A DNA stretch of 64,000 nt, taken from the human T2T-CHM13v2.0 reference genome, Homo sapiens. Of the stretch, positions 12,235 through 26,474 are shown in pieces. Position 1 is the first letter of the stretch. Each line of letters opens with the position of its first letter. The notes beneath the pieces are model-generated. The model searched no databases. It saw only the letters and a list, made by a program, of their open reading frames with translations, and was not told where the DNA came from. The stretch lies in assembly GCF_009914755.1 (NCBI RefSeq), contig NC_060948.1; one strand, given 5' to 3'. Position numbers and translations under genes: made by a program.

Positions 12235-15200
12235 CCTGGAATAAAGTGGAATGCTACGGTCTCGAATGGAATAAAAATGTATGGAATGGAATGCAATGAA
12301 ACGGAATCGAATGTCATAGAATGTAATGGAATGCAAAAAAATGGAATCCAAAATCATTGACTGGAAAGGCTGGGTGTCGAAAGGAATTGACTCCAATGGA
12401 ATGGAATCGAATGGAATGGAAGTGAATAGAATCGAACTAAATCGAATGGAATGGAATTGATAGGAACGGAATGGAAAGGAATGCAATGATTTGGCATGGA
12501 ATGGAATCGAATGGCATCGAATGGAATGGAATGGAATGCAATGGAATGGAATGTATTAGAATGTAATGAACTTTAATGGAATGTACTCGAATGGATTCGA
12601 CTGGAATGGAATGTTCTGGAAGTGAATGGACTCCAATGGAATGGATTCAAAAGGAATGGAATCGTACGGAATGGAATCTAATGGAATGGAATTAAATGGA
12701 AATGAATCAAATTGAATAGCACGGAATTGAATTGAATGGAATGGAATGCAATGGAATCTAATGAAACGGGAAGGAAAGGAATGGAATGGAATGGAATGGA
12801 CTGGAATGGAAAGGAATCGAAACGAATGGAATGGAATCGAACTGAAGAGACTGGAATGGAATGCACTGGAATGGAAGGGAGTGTAATGGAAGTTTCTCGA
12901 AAAAAATGGAATCGAATGGAATGGAATTGAATGGAACGGAATAGAGTCGAATGGAATTGAATGGAATGGAATGGACTAGAGTGAAATGGAATCGAACCAC
13001 AAGGAATGGACAGGAATAGAATGGTCTCGAATTGAATGGAATCGTATGGAATGGCATCAAACGGAATGGAATGGACAGCCACGGAATGGAATGCACTCGA
13101 ATGCAATGGAGTCGAAACTAATGGACTGGAATAGAATGGACTCGACTGGTACGGACTCCAATGGAATGGAATCGAATGGAAGGGAATCGAACGGAAGGGA
13201 ATCGAATGGAATGGACTCGAAGGGAAAAGACTGCAATGGAAAGGTCTCGAATGGAATGGAAATTAATGGAATGGAATGGAATCGAATGAAATGGAGTCAA
13301 AAGGAATGGAATCGAATGGCAAGAAATCGAATGTAATGGAATCGCAAGGAATTGATGTGAACGGAACGGAATGGAATGGAATCCAAAGGAATGGAATAGA
13401 ATGGAATGGAATCGAATGGAAAGGACTCGAATGGAAATCACTCGAATAGAATGCAATTTAATAAAATAGGATCAAATGTAATGGAATGGAATGGAAAGGA
13501 ATCGAAACGAAAGGAATGGAGACAGATGGAATGGAATGGAAAAGAGAGCAATGGTATAGAATGGAATGGAATCATCTGGAATGGAATTGAATGGAATGGA
13601 ATGGAATGCCCTTGAATTAAATGGACTGGAATGGAATGGACTCAAACAGAGAGGAATGGAAAGTGTTGAGATAGAATGGAATGAACTCCTTTGGAATGGT
13701 GTAGTAGGCAATGCAATCGACTGGCAGGGAATCAAAAGGAATGTAATCGAATGGATTGGACTGGAATGCAATGGACTCGAATAGATTGGAAACGGAATGC
13801 AAAGGAATGGAATGGAATAGTATGGAATGGAATGGAAAGGAATGGAGTGGAATAGACTAGAGTGGAATGGAATGGACTGGAAAGCAATGGACTGGAATGG
13901 AACTTTCTTGAATGGACTGGAATCAAACGGAATGGAATGCAATGCAATCAAATGGCATGGAATAAAATAGAATGAAAGAGAATCAAATGGAATTGAATCG
14001 AATGGAATCGAATGGATTGGAAAGGAATAGAATGGAATGGAATGGAATTGACTCAAATGGAATGGACTAGAATGGAATGGATTCGAATGGAAGGCAAAGG
14101 AATGGAATCTATTGGAATGGACTGAAATGGAATGGAATGGAAGGGATTGGAATGGACTCTAATGGAATGGACTGCAATAGAAAGGATTCGAATGGAATGA
14201 AAAAGAATTGAATGGAATAGAACAGAATGGAATCAAATCGAATGAAATGGAACGGAATAGAAAGGAATGGAATGAAATGGAATGAAAAGGATTCCAATGC
14301 AATGCAATCGAATGGAATGGAATCGAACGGAATGGAATAAAATGGAAGAAAACTGGCAATAAATGGAATCGAAATGAATGGAGTGTTATGGAACGGACTC
14401 AAAAGGAATTGAATGTAATAGAATGGAGTGGAGTGGACTCGAATATAATGGACTGGAATGGAATGAAATCACATGGAATGGGAACGAATGGAATGGAATG
14501 GAAAGGAATGGAATCGAATGGAAAGGAATCGAATGGAAGGGAATGAAATTGAATCAACAGGAATGGAAGGGAATAGAATAGACGGTAATGGAATGGACTC
14601 GAATAGAATGGACACGAATGCTCAAATTGAATGGACTCGAATGGAATGGAAACGAAAGGAATGTCATCGAATGGAATTGAATCGATTGGAATGAAATCGC
14701 ATAGAATGGAGTGGAATCAAATGGAATTGAATCGAAAGGAAAGGAAGCGAATGGACTGAAATGAAATGGAATGGAATTGAATGGAAAGTAACGCAATGGA
14801 ATAGAATGGAACGAAATTTCACGGAATGGAATCAAACTGAATGGAATCAAATCAATGGAATCAAATCAAATGGAATGGAAAGGAATTGAATGGAGTAGAT
14901 GGGATTGGATGGGACTGGAATGAAATGTACTGGAAAGTACTCGAATTTCATGAAACGGAATGGAATGAATTGGAACGGAATGGACTCGAATGGAATGGAA
15001 TGTCATGGAATGGCATCAAATGGAATGGCATCAAATGGAATGGAATCGAATGCAATGGAATGCTATGGAATGGAATGGAATGCATTGGAATGGAATGTCC
15101 TCTAATGGAATGGATTCGAGTGGAATGGAATCGAATATAATGGAGTCGAATGAAATGGAATTGAAAGGAATGGGATCGAATACAATGGAATATACTGGAA

Positions 15201-15788
15201 TGTAATGTAATGAACTCGAATGTAATTGACTGGAATGGAATGTACATGAATGGAATATAATCGAATGGAAAGTAATCCAATGGAATAGAATCTAATGCAA
15301 TAAAATCGACTCAGATAGAGTAGAATGTAATGGAATGGAGTGCAGTGCAATGGAATGGAATGGAATGGAATGCAATGGAATGGAATGGAATGGAATGGAA
15401 TGGAATGGAATGGAATGGAATGGGATGGAATGGTATGGAATGGATAGTAATGGACTGGAATGAAATGGACTGGAAAAGAATGGACTCAAATTGAAAGGGC
15501 TCGAAAGGAATGGAGTCAAATGGAATGGTCTGGAATGGAATGAACACGAATGTAATGCAATCCAATACAATGGAATCGAATGGCATGGAATATAAAGAAA
15601 TGGAATCTAAGAGAATGGAAACAAATGGAATGGAATTGAATGGAATGGAATTGAATGGAATGGGAACGAATGGAGTGAAATTGTATGCAGTAGAAGAGAA
15701 TAGAATGGAATGCAAGTGAAAGGAAAGGAATGGATTGCAATGGAATGGAATTCATTGGAATGGAAGGGAATGTAGTGTAATGGACAGG
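12235..15788 (-). repeat. DYZ1: DYZ1 monomer, 3554 bp
   Basis: GGCC at 12233 and 15787. Confidence 0.92.
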
Positions 15789-18700
15789 CCTGGAATAAAG
15801 TGGAATGCTACGGTCTCGAATGGAATAAAAATGTATGGAATGGAATGCAATGAAATGGAATCGAATGTCATAGAATGTAATGGAATGCAACAAAATGGAA
15901 TCCAATATCATTGACTGGAAAGGCTGGGTGTCGAAAGGAATTGACTCCAATGGAATGGAATCGAATGGAATGGAAGTGAATAGAATCGAACTAAATCGAA
16001 TGGAATGGAATTGATAGGAACGGAATGGAAAGGAATGCAATGATTTGGCATGGAATGGAATCGAATGGCATCGAATGGAATGGAATGGAATGCAATGGAA
16101 TGGAATGTATTAGAATGTAATGAACTTTAATGGAATGTACTCGAATGGATTCGACTGGAATGGAATGTTCTGGAAGTGAATGGACTCCAATGGAATGGAT
16201 TCAAAAGGAATGGAATCGTACGGAATGGAATCTAATGGAATGGAATTAAATGGAAATGAATCAAATTGAATAGCACGGAATTGAATTGAATGGAATGGAA
16301 TGCAATGGAATCTAATGAAACGGAAAGGAAAGGAATGGAATGGAATGGACTGGGCTGGAATGGAAAGGAATCGAAACGAATGGAATGGAATCGAACTGAA
16401 GAGACTGGAATGGAATGCACTGGAATGGAAGGGAGTGTAATGGAAGGTTCTCGAAAAAAATGGAATCGAATGGAATGGAATTGAATGGAACGGAATAGAG
16501 TCGAATGGAATTGAATGGAATGGAATGGACTAGAGTGAAATGGAATCGAACCACAAGGAATGGACAGGAATAGAATGGTCTCGAATTGAATGGAATCGTA
16601 TGGAATGGCATCAAACGGAATGGAATGGACAGCCACGGAATGGAATGCACTCGAATGCAATGGAGTCGAAACTAACGCACTGGAATAGAATGGACTCGAC
16701 TGGTATGGACTCCAATGGAATGGAATCGAATGGAAGGGAATCGAACGGAATGGACTCGAAGGGAAAAGACTGCAATGGAAAGGTCTCGAATGGAATGGAA
16801 ATTAATGGAATCGAATGGAATCGAATGAAATGGAGTCAAAAGGAATGGAATCGAATGGCAAGAAATCGAATGTAATGGAATCGCAAGGAATTGATGTGAA
16901 CGGAACGGAATGGAATGGAATCCAAAGGAATGGAATAGAATGGAATGGAATCGAATGGAAAGGACTCGAATGGAAAGGACTCGAATGGAAGTCACTCGAA
17001 TAGAATGCAATTTAATAAAATAGGATCAAATGTAATGGAATGGAATGGAATGGAATCGAAACGAAAGGAATGGAGACAGATGGAATGGAATGGAACAGAG
17101 AGCAATGGTATAGAATGGAATGGAATCATCTGGAATGGAATTGAATTGAATGGAATAATATGAAATGGAATGGAATGGAATGGAATGGAATGCCCTTGAA
17201 TTAAATGGACTGGAATGGAATGGACTCGAACAGAATGGAATGGAAAGTGTTGAGATAGAATGGAATGGACTCCTTTGGAATGGTCTAGTATGCAATGCAA
17301 TCGACTGGCAGGGAATCAAAAGGAATGTAATCGAATGGATTGGACTGGAATGCAATGGACTCGAATAGATTGGAAACGTGATGCAAAGGAATGGAATGGA
17401 ATAGTATGGAATGGAATGGAAAGGAATGGAGTGGAATAGACTAGAGTGGAATGGAATGGACTGGAAAGCAATGGACTGGAATGGAACTTTCTTGAATGGA
17501 CTGGAATCAAACGGAATGGAATGCAATGCAATCAAATGGCATGGAATAAAATAGAATGAAAGAGAATCAAATGGAATTGAATCGAATGGAATCGAATGGA
17601 TTGGAAAGGAATAGAATGGAATGGAATGGAATGGACTCAAATGGAATGGACTAGAATGGAATGGATTCGAATGGAAGGCAAAGGAATGGAATCTATTGGA
17701 ATGGACTGTAATGGAATGGAATGGAAGGGATTGGAATGGACTCGAATGGAATGGACTGCAATAGAAAGGATTCGAATGGAATGAAAAAGAATTGAATGGA
17801 ATAGAACAGAATGGAATCAAATCGAATGAAATGGAATGGAATAGAAAGGAATGGAATGAAATGGAATGGAAAGGATTCGAATGGAATGCAATCGAATGGA
17901 ATGGAATCGAACGGAATGGAATAAAATGGAAGAAAACTGGCAAGAAATGGAATCGAAATGAATGGAGTGTTATGGAACGGACTCAAAAGGAATTGAATGT
18001 AATAGAATGGAGTGGAGTGGACTCGAATATAATGGACTGGAATGGAATGAAATCACATGGAATGGGAACGAATGGAATGGAATGGAAAGGAATGGAATCG
18101 AATGGAAAGGAATCGAATGGAAGGGAATGAAATTGAATCAACAGGAATGGAAGGGAATAGAATAGACGGTAATGGAATGGACTCGAATAGAATGGACACG
18201 AATGCTCAAATTGAATGGACTCGAATGGAATGGAAACGAAAGGAATGTCATCGAATGGAATTGAATCGATTGCAATGAAATCGCATAGAATGGAGTGGAA
18301 TCAAATGGAATTGAATCGAAAGGAAAGGAAGCGAATGGACTGAAATGAAACGGAATGGAATTGAATGGAAAGTAATGCAATGGAATAGAATGGAACGAAA
18401 TTTCACGGAAAGGAATCAAACTGAACGGAATCAAATCAATGGAATCTAATCAAATGGAATGGAAAGGAATTGAATGGAGTAGATTGGATTGGATGGGATT
18501 GGAATGAAATGTACTGGAAAGGACTCGAATTTCATGAAACGGAATGGAATGAATTGGAACGGAATGGACTCGAATGGAATGGAATGTCATGGAATGGCAT
18601 CAAATGGAATGGCATCAAATGGAATGGAATCGAATGCAATGGAATGCTATGGAATGGAATGGAATGCATTGGAATGGAATGTCCTCTAATGGAATGGATT

Positions 18701-19377
18701 CGAGTGGAATGGAATCGAATATAATGGAGTCGAATGAAATGGAATTGAAAGGAATGGGATCGAATACAATGGAATATACTGGAATGTAATGTAATGAACT
18801 CGAATGTAATTGACTGGAATGGAATGTACATGAATGGAAGGTAATCGAATGGAAAGTAATCCAATGGAATAGAATCTAATGCAATAAAACCGACTCAGAT
18901 AGAGTAGAATGTAATGGAATGGAGTGCAGTGCAATGGAATGGAATGGAATTGAATGCAATGGAATGGAATGGAATGGAATGGAATGGAATGGAATGGAAT
19001 GGAATGGAATGGGATGGAATGGTATGGAATGGATAGTAATGGACTGGAGTGAAATGGACTGGAAAGGAATGGACTCAAATTGAAAGGGCTCGAAAGGAAT
19101 GGAGTCAAATGGAATGGTCTGGAATGGAATGAACACGAATGTAATGCAATCCAATAGAATGGAATCGAATGGCACGGAATATAAAGAAATGGATTCGAAG
19201 AGAACGGAAACAAATATAATGGAATTGAATGGAATGGAATTGAATGGAATGGGAACGAATGGAGTGAAATTGTATGCAGTAGAAGGGAATAGAATGGAAT
19301 GCAAGCGAAAGGAAAGGAATGGATTGGAATGGAATGGAATTCATTGGAATGGAAGGGAATGTAGTGTAATGGACAGG
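15789..19377 (-). repeat. DYZ1: DYZ1 monomer, 3589 bp
   Basis: GGCC at 15787 and 19376. Confidence 0.92.
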
Positions 19378-22300
19378 CCTGGAATAAAGTGGAATGCTAC
19401 GGTCTCGAATGGAATAAAAATGTATGGAATGGAATGCAATGAAATGGAATCGAATGTCATGGAATGTAATGGAATGCAACAAAATGGAATCCAAAATCAT
19501 TGACTGGAAAGGCTGGGTGTCGAAAGGAATTGACTCCAATGGAATGGAATCGAATGGAATGGAAGTGAATAGAATCGAACTAAATCGAATGGAATGGAAT
19601 TGATAGGAACGGAATGGAAAGGAATGCAATGATTTGGCATGGAATGGAATCGAATGGCATCGAATGGAATGGAATGGAATGCAATGGAATGGAATGTATT
19701 AGAATGTAATGAACTTTAATGGAATGTACTCGAATGGATTCGACTGGAATGGAATGTTCTGGAAGTGAATGGACTCCAATGGAATGGATTCCAAAGGAAT
19801 GGAATCGTACGGAATGGAATCTAATGGAATGGAATTAAATGGAAATGAATCAAATTGAATAGCACGGAATTGAATTGAATGGAATGGAATGCAATGGAAT
19901 CTAATGAAACGGAAAGGAAAGGAATGGAATGGAATGGAATGGGCTGGAATGGAAAGGAATCGAAACGAATGGAATGGAATCGAACTGAAGAGACTGGAAT
20001 GGAATGCACTGGAATGGAAGGGAGTGTAATGGAAGGTTCTCGAAAAAAATGGAATCGAATGGAATGGAATTGAATGGAACGGAATAGAGTCGAATGGAAT
20101 TGAATGGAATGGAATGGACTAGAGTGAAATGGAATCGAACCACAAGGAATGGAGAGGAATAGAATGGTCTCGAATTGAATGGAATTGTATGGAATGGCAT
20201 CAAACGGAATGGAATGGACAGCCACGGAATGGAATGCACTCGAATGCAATGGAGTCGAAACTAACGGACTGGAATAGAATGGACTCGACTGGTACGGACT
20301 CCAATGGAATGGAATCGAATGGAAGGGAATCGAACGGAATGGACTCGAAGGGAAAAGACTGCAATGGAAAGGTCTCGAATGGAATGGAAATTAATGGAAT
20401 GGAATGGAATCGAATGAAATGGAGTCAAAAGGAATGGAATCGAATGGCAAGAAATCGAATGTAATGGAATCGCAAGGAATTGATGTGAACGGAACGGAAT
20501 GGAATGGAATCCAAAGGAATGGAATAGAATGGAATGGAATCGAATGGAAAGGACTCGAATGGAAATCACTCGAATAGAATGCAATTTAATAAAATAGGAT
20601 CAAATGTAATTGAATGGAATGGAAAGGAATCGAAACGAAAGGAATGGAGACAGATGGAATGGAATGGAACAGAGAGCAATGGTATAGAATGGAATGGAAT
20701 CATCTGGAATGGAATTGAATGGAATGGAATAATATGAAATGGAATGGAATGGAATGGAATGGAATGCCCTTGAATTAAATGGACTGGAATGGAATGGACT
20801 CGAACAGAGTGGAATGGAAAGTGTTGAGATAGAATGGAATGGACTCCTTTGGAATGGTGTAGTATGCAATGCAATCGACTGGCAGGCAATCAAAAGGAAT
20901 GTAATGGAATGGACTGGACTGGAATGCAATGGACTCGAATAGATTGGAAACGCAATGCAAAGGAATGGAATGGAATAGTATGGAATGGAATGGAAAGGAA
21001 TGGAGTGGAATAGAATAGAGTGGAATGGAATGGACTGGAAAGCAATGGACTGGAATGGAACTTTCTTGAATGGACTGGAATCAAACGGAATGGAATGCAA
21101 TGCAATCAAATGGCATGGAATAAAATAGAATGAAAGAGAATCAAATGGAATTGAATCGAATGGAATCGAATGGATTGGAAAGGAATAGAATGGAATGGAA
21201 TGGAATGGACTCAAATGGAATGGACTAGAATGGAATGGATTCGAATGGAAGGCAAAGGAATGGAATCTATTGGAATGGACTGCAATGGAATGGAATGGAA
21301 GGGATTGGAATGGACTCGAATGGAATGGACTGCAATAGAAAGGATTCGAATGGAATGAAAAAGAATTGAATGGAATAGAACAGAATGGAATCAAATCGAA
21401 TGAAATGGAATGGAATAGAAAGGAATGGAATGAAATGGAATGGAAAGGATTCGAATGGAATGCAATCGAATGGAATGGAATCGAACGGAATGGAATAAAA
21501 TGGAAGAAAACTGGCAAGAAATGGAATCGAAATGAATGGAGTGTTATGGAACGGACTCAAAAGGAATTGAATGTAATAGAATGGAGTGGAGTGGATTCGA
21601 ATATAATGGACTGGAATGGAATGAAATCACATGGAATGGGAACGAATGGAATGGAAAGGAATGGAATCGAATGGAAAGGAATCGAATGGAAGGGAATGAA
21701 ATTGAATCAACAGGAATGGAAGGGAATAGAATAGATGGTAATGGAATGGACTCGAATAGAATGGACACGAATGCTCAAATTGAATGGACTCGAATGGAAT
21801 GGATACGAAAGGAATGTCATCGAATGGAATTGAATCGATTGGAATGAAATCGCATAGAATGGAGTGGAATCAAATGGAATTGAATCGAAAGGAAAGGAAG
21901 CGAATGGACTGAAATGAAATGGAATGGAATTGAATGGAAAGTAATGCAATGGAATAGAATGGAACGAAATTTCACGGAATGGAATCAAACTGAATGGAAT
22001 GAAATCAATGGAATCAAATCAAATGGAATGGAAAGGAATTGAATGGAGTAGATTGGATTGGATGGGATTGGAATGAAATGTACTGGAAAGGACTCGAATT
22101 TCATGAAACGGAATGGAATGAATTGGAACGGAATGGACTCGAATGGAATGGAATGTCATGGAATGGCATCAAATGGAATGGCATCAAATGGAATGGAATC
22201 GAATGCAATGGAATGCTATGGAATGGAATGGAATGCATTGGAATGGAATGTCCTCTAATGGAATGGATTCGAGTGGAATGGAATCGAATATAATGGAGTC

Positions 22301-22936
22301 GAATGAAATGGAATTGAAAGGAATGGGATCGAATACAATGGAATATACTGGAATGTAATGTAATGAACTCGAATGTAATTGACTGGAATGGAATGTACAT
22401 GAATGGAATGTAATCGAATGGAAAGTAATCCAATGGAATAGAATCTAATGCAATAAAATCGACTCAGATAGAGGAGAATGTAATGGAATGGAGTGCAGTG
22501 CAATGGAATGGAATGGAATGGAATGCAATTGAATGGAATGGAATGGAATGGAATGGAATGGAATGGAATGGGATGGAATGGTATGGAATGGATAGTAATG
22601 GACTGGAGTGAAATGGACTGGAAAGGAATGGACTCAAATTGAAAGGGCTCGAAAGGAATGGAGTCAAATGGAATGGTCTGGAATGGAATGAACAAGAATG
22701 TAATGCAATCCAATAGAATGGAATCGAATGACATGGAATATAAAGAAATGGAATCGGAGAGAATGGAAACAAATGGAATGGAATTGAATGGAATGGAATT
22801 GAATGGAATGGGAACGAATGGAGTGAAATTGTATGCAGTAGAAGGGAATAGAATGGAATGCAAGCGAAAGGAAAGGAATGGATTGGAATGGAATGGAATT
22901 CATTGGAATGGAAGGGAATGTAGTGTAATGGACAGG
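19378..22936 (-). repeat. DYZ1: DYZ1 monomer, 3559 bp
   Basis: GGCC at 19376 and 22935. Confidence 0.92.
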
Positions 22937-25900
22937 CCTGGAATAAAGTGGAATGCTACGGTCTCGAATGGAATAAAAATGTATGGAATGGAATGCAATG
23001 AAATGGAATCGAATGTCATAGAATGTAATGGAATGCAACAAAATGGAATCCAAAATCATTGACTGGAAAGGCTGGGTGTCGAAAGGAATTGACTCCAATG
23101 GAATGGAATCGAATGGAATGGAAGTGAATAGAATCGAACTAAATCGAATGGAATGGAATTGATAGGAACGGAATGGAAAGGAATGCAATGATTTGGCATG
23201 GAATGGAATCGAATGGCATCGAATGGAATGGAATGGAATGCAATGGAATGGAATGTATTAGAATGTAATGAACTTTAATGGAATGTACTCGAATGGATTC
23301 CACTGGAATGGAATGTTCTGGAAGTGAATGGACTCCAATGGAATGGATTCCAAAGGAATGGAATCGTACGGAATGGAATCTAATGGAATGGAATTAAATG
23401 GAAATGAATCAAATTGAATAGCACGGAATTGAATTGAATGGAATGGAATGCAATGGAATCTAATGAAACGGAAAGGAAAGGAATGGAATGGAATGGAATG
23501 GGCTGGAATGGAAAGGAATCGAAACGAATGGAATGGAATCGAACTGAAGAGACTGGAATGGAATGCACTGGAATGGAAGGGAGTGTAATGGAAGGTTCTC
23601 GAAAAAAATGGAATCGAATGGAATGGAATTGAATGGAACGGAATAGAGTCGAATGGAATTGAATGGAATGGAATGGACTAGAGTGAAATGGAATCGAACC
23701 ACAAGGAATGGAGAGGAATAGAATGGTCTCGAATTGAATGGAATTGTATGGAATGGCATCAAACGGAATGGAATGGACAGCCACGGAATGGAATGCACTC
23801 GAATGCAATGGAGTCGAAACTAACGGACTGGAATAGAATGGACTCGACTGGTACGGACTCCAATGGAATGGAATCGAATGGAAGGGAATCGAACGGAATG
23901 GACTCGAAGGGAAAAGACTGCAATGGAAAGGTCTCGAATGGAATGGAAATTAATGGAATGGAATGGAATCGAATGAAATGGAGTCAAAAGGAATGGAATC
24001 GAATGGCAAGAAATCGAATGTAATGGAATCGCAAGGAATTGATGTGAACGGAACGGAATGGAATGGAATCCAAAGGAATGGAATAGAATGGAATGGAATC
24101 GAATGGAAAGGACTCGAATGGAAATCACTCGAATAGAATGCAATTTAATAAAATAGGATCAAATGTAATTGAATGGAATGGAAAGGAATCGAAACGAAAG
24201 GAATGGAGACAGATGGAATGGAATGGAACAGAGAGCAATGGTATAGAATGGAATGGAATCATCTGGAATGGAATTGAATGGAATGGAATAATATGAAATG
24301 GAATGGAATGGAATGCCCTTGAATTAAATGGACTGGACTCGAACAGAGTGGAATGGAAAGTGTTGAGATAGAATGGAATGGACTCCTTTGGAATGGTGTA
24401 GTATGCAATGCAATCGACTGGCAGGGAATCAAAAGGAATGTAATCGAATGGATTGGACTGGAATGCAATGGACTCGAATAGATTGGAAACGGAATGCAAA
24501 GGAATGGAATGGAATAGTATGGAATGGAATGGAAAGGAATGGAGTGGAATAGACTAGAGTGGAATGGAATGGACTGGAAAGCAATGGACTGGAATGGAAC
24601 TTTCTTGGATGGATTGGAATCAAACGGAATGGAATGCAATGCAATCAAATGGCATGGAATAAAATAGAATGAAAGAGAATCAAATGGAATTGAATCGAAT
24701 GGAATCGAATGGATTGGAAAGGAATAGAATGGAATGGAATGGAATTGACTCAAATGGAATGGACTAGAATGGAATGGATTCGAATGGAAGGCAAAGGAAT
24801 GGAATCTATTGGAATGGACTGTAATGGAATGGAATGGAAGGGATTGGAATGGACTCGAATGGAATGGACTGCAATAGAAAGGATTCGAATGGAATGAAAA
24901 AGAATTGAATGGAATAGAACAGAATGGAATCAAATCGAATGAAATGGAATGGAATAGAAAGGAATGGAATGAAATGGAATGGAAAGGATTCGAATGGAAT
25001 GCAATCGAATGGAATGGAATAAAATGGAAGAAAACTGGCAAGAAATGGAATCGAAATGAATGGAGTGTTATGGAACGGACTCAAAAGGAATTGAATGTAA
25101 TAGAATGGAGTGGAGTGGACTCGAATATAATGGACTGGAATGGAATGAAATCACATGGAATGGGAACGAATGGAATGGAATGGAAAGGAATGGAATCGAA
25201 TGGAAAGGAATCGAATGGAAGGGAATGAAATTGAATCAACACGAATGGAAGGGAATAGAATAGACTGTAATGGAATGGACTCGAATAGAATGGACACGAA
25301 TGCTCAAATTAAATGGACTCGAATGGAATGGAAACGAAAGGAATGTCATCGAATGGAATTGAATCGATTGGAATGAAATCGCATAGAATGCAGTGGAATC
25401 AAATGGAATTGAATCGAAAGGAAACAAGCGAATGGACTGAAATGAAATGGAATGGAATTGAATGGAAAGTAATGCAATGGAATAGAATGGAACGAAATTT
25501 CACGGAATGGAATCAAACTGAATGGAATCAAATCAATGGAATCAAATCAAATGGAATGGAAAGGAATTGAATGGAGTAGATGGGATTGGATGGGATTGGA
25601 ATGAAATGTACTGGAAAGGACTCGAATTTCATGAAACGGAATGGAATGAATTGGAACGGAATGGACTCGAATGGAATGGAATGTCATGGGATGGCATCAA
25701 ATGGAATGGCATCAAATGGAATGGAATCGAATGCAATGGAATGCTATGGAATGGAATGGAATGCATTGGAATGGAATGTCCTCTAATGGAATGGATTCGA
25801 GTGGAATGGAATTGAATATAATGGAGTCGAATGAAATGGAATTGAAAGGAATGGGATCGAATACAATGGAATATACTGGAATGTAACGTAATGAACTCGA

Positions 25901-26474
25901 ATGTAATTGACTGGAATGGAATGTACATGAATGGAATGTAATCGAATGGAAAGTAATCCAATGGAATAGAATCTAATGCAATAAAATCGACTCAGATAGA
26001 GTAGAATGTAATGGAATGGAGTGCAGTGCAATGGAATGGAATGGAATGGAATGCAATGGAATGGAATGGAATGGAATGCAATGGAATGGAATGGAATGGA
26101 ATGGAATGTGATGGAATGGTATGGAATGGATAGTAATGGACTGGAGTGAAATGGACTGGAAAGGAATGGACTCAAATTGAAAGGGCTCGAAAGGAATGGA
26201 GTCAAATGGAATGGTCTGGAATGGAATGAACACGAATGTAATGCAACCCAATAGAATGGAATCGAATGGCATGGAATATAAAGAAATGGAATCGAAGAGA
26301 ATGGAAACAAATGGAATGGAATTGAATGGAATGGAATTGAATGGAATGGGAAGGAATGGAGTGAAATTGTATGCAGTAGAAGAGAATAGAATGGAATGCA
26401 AGCGAAAGGAAAGGAATGGATTGCAATGGAATGGAATTCATTGGAATGGAAGGGAATGTAGTGTAATGGACAGG
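22937..26474 (-). repeat. DYZ1: DYZ1 monomer, 3538 bp
   Basis: GGCC at 22935 and 26473. Confidence 0.92.
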
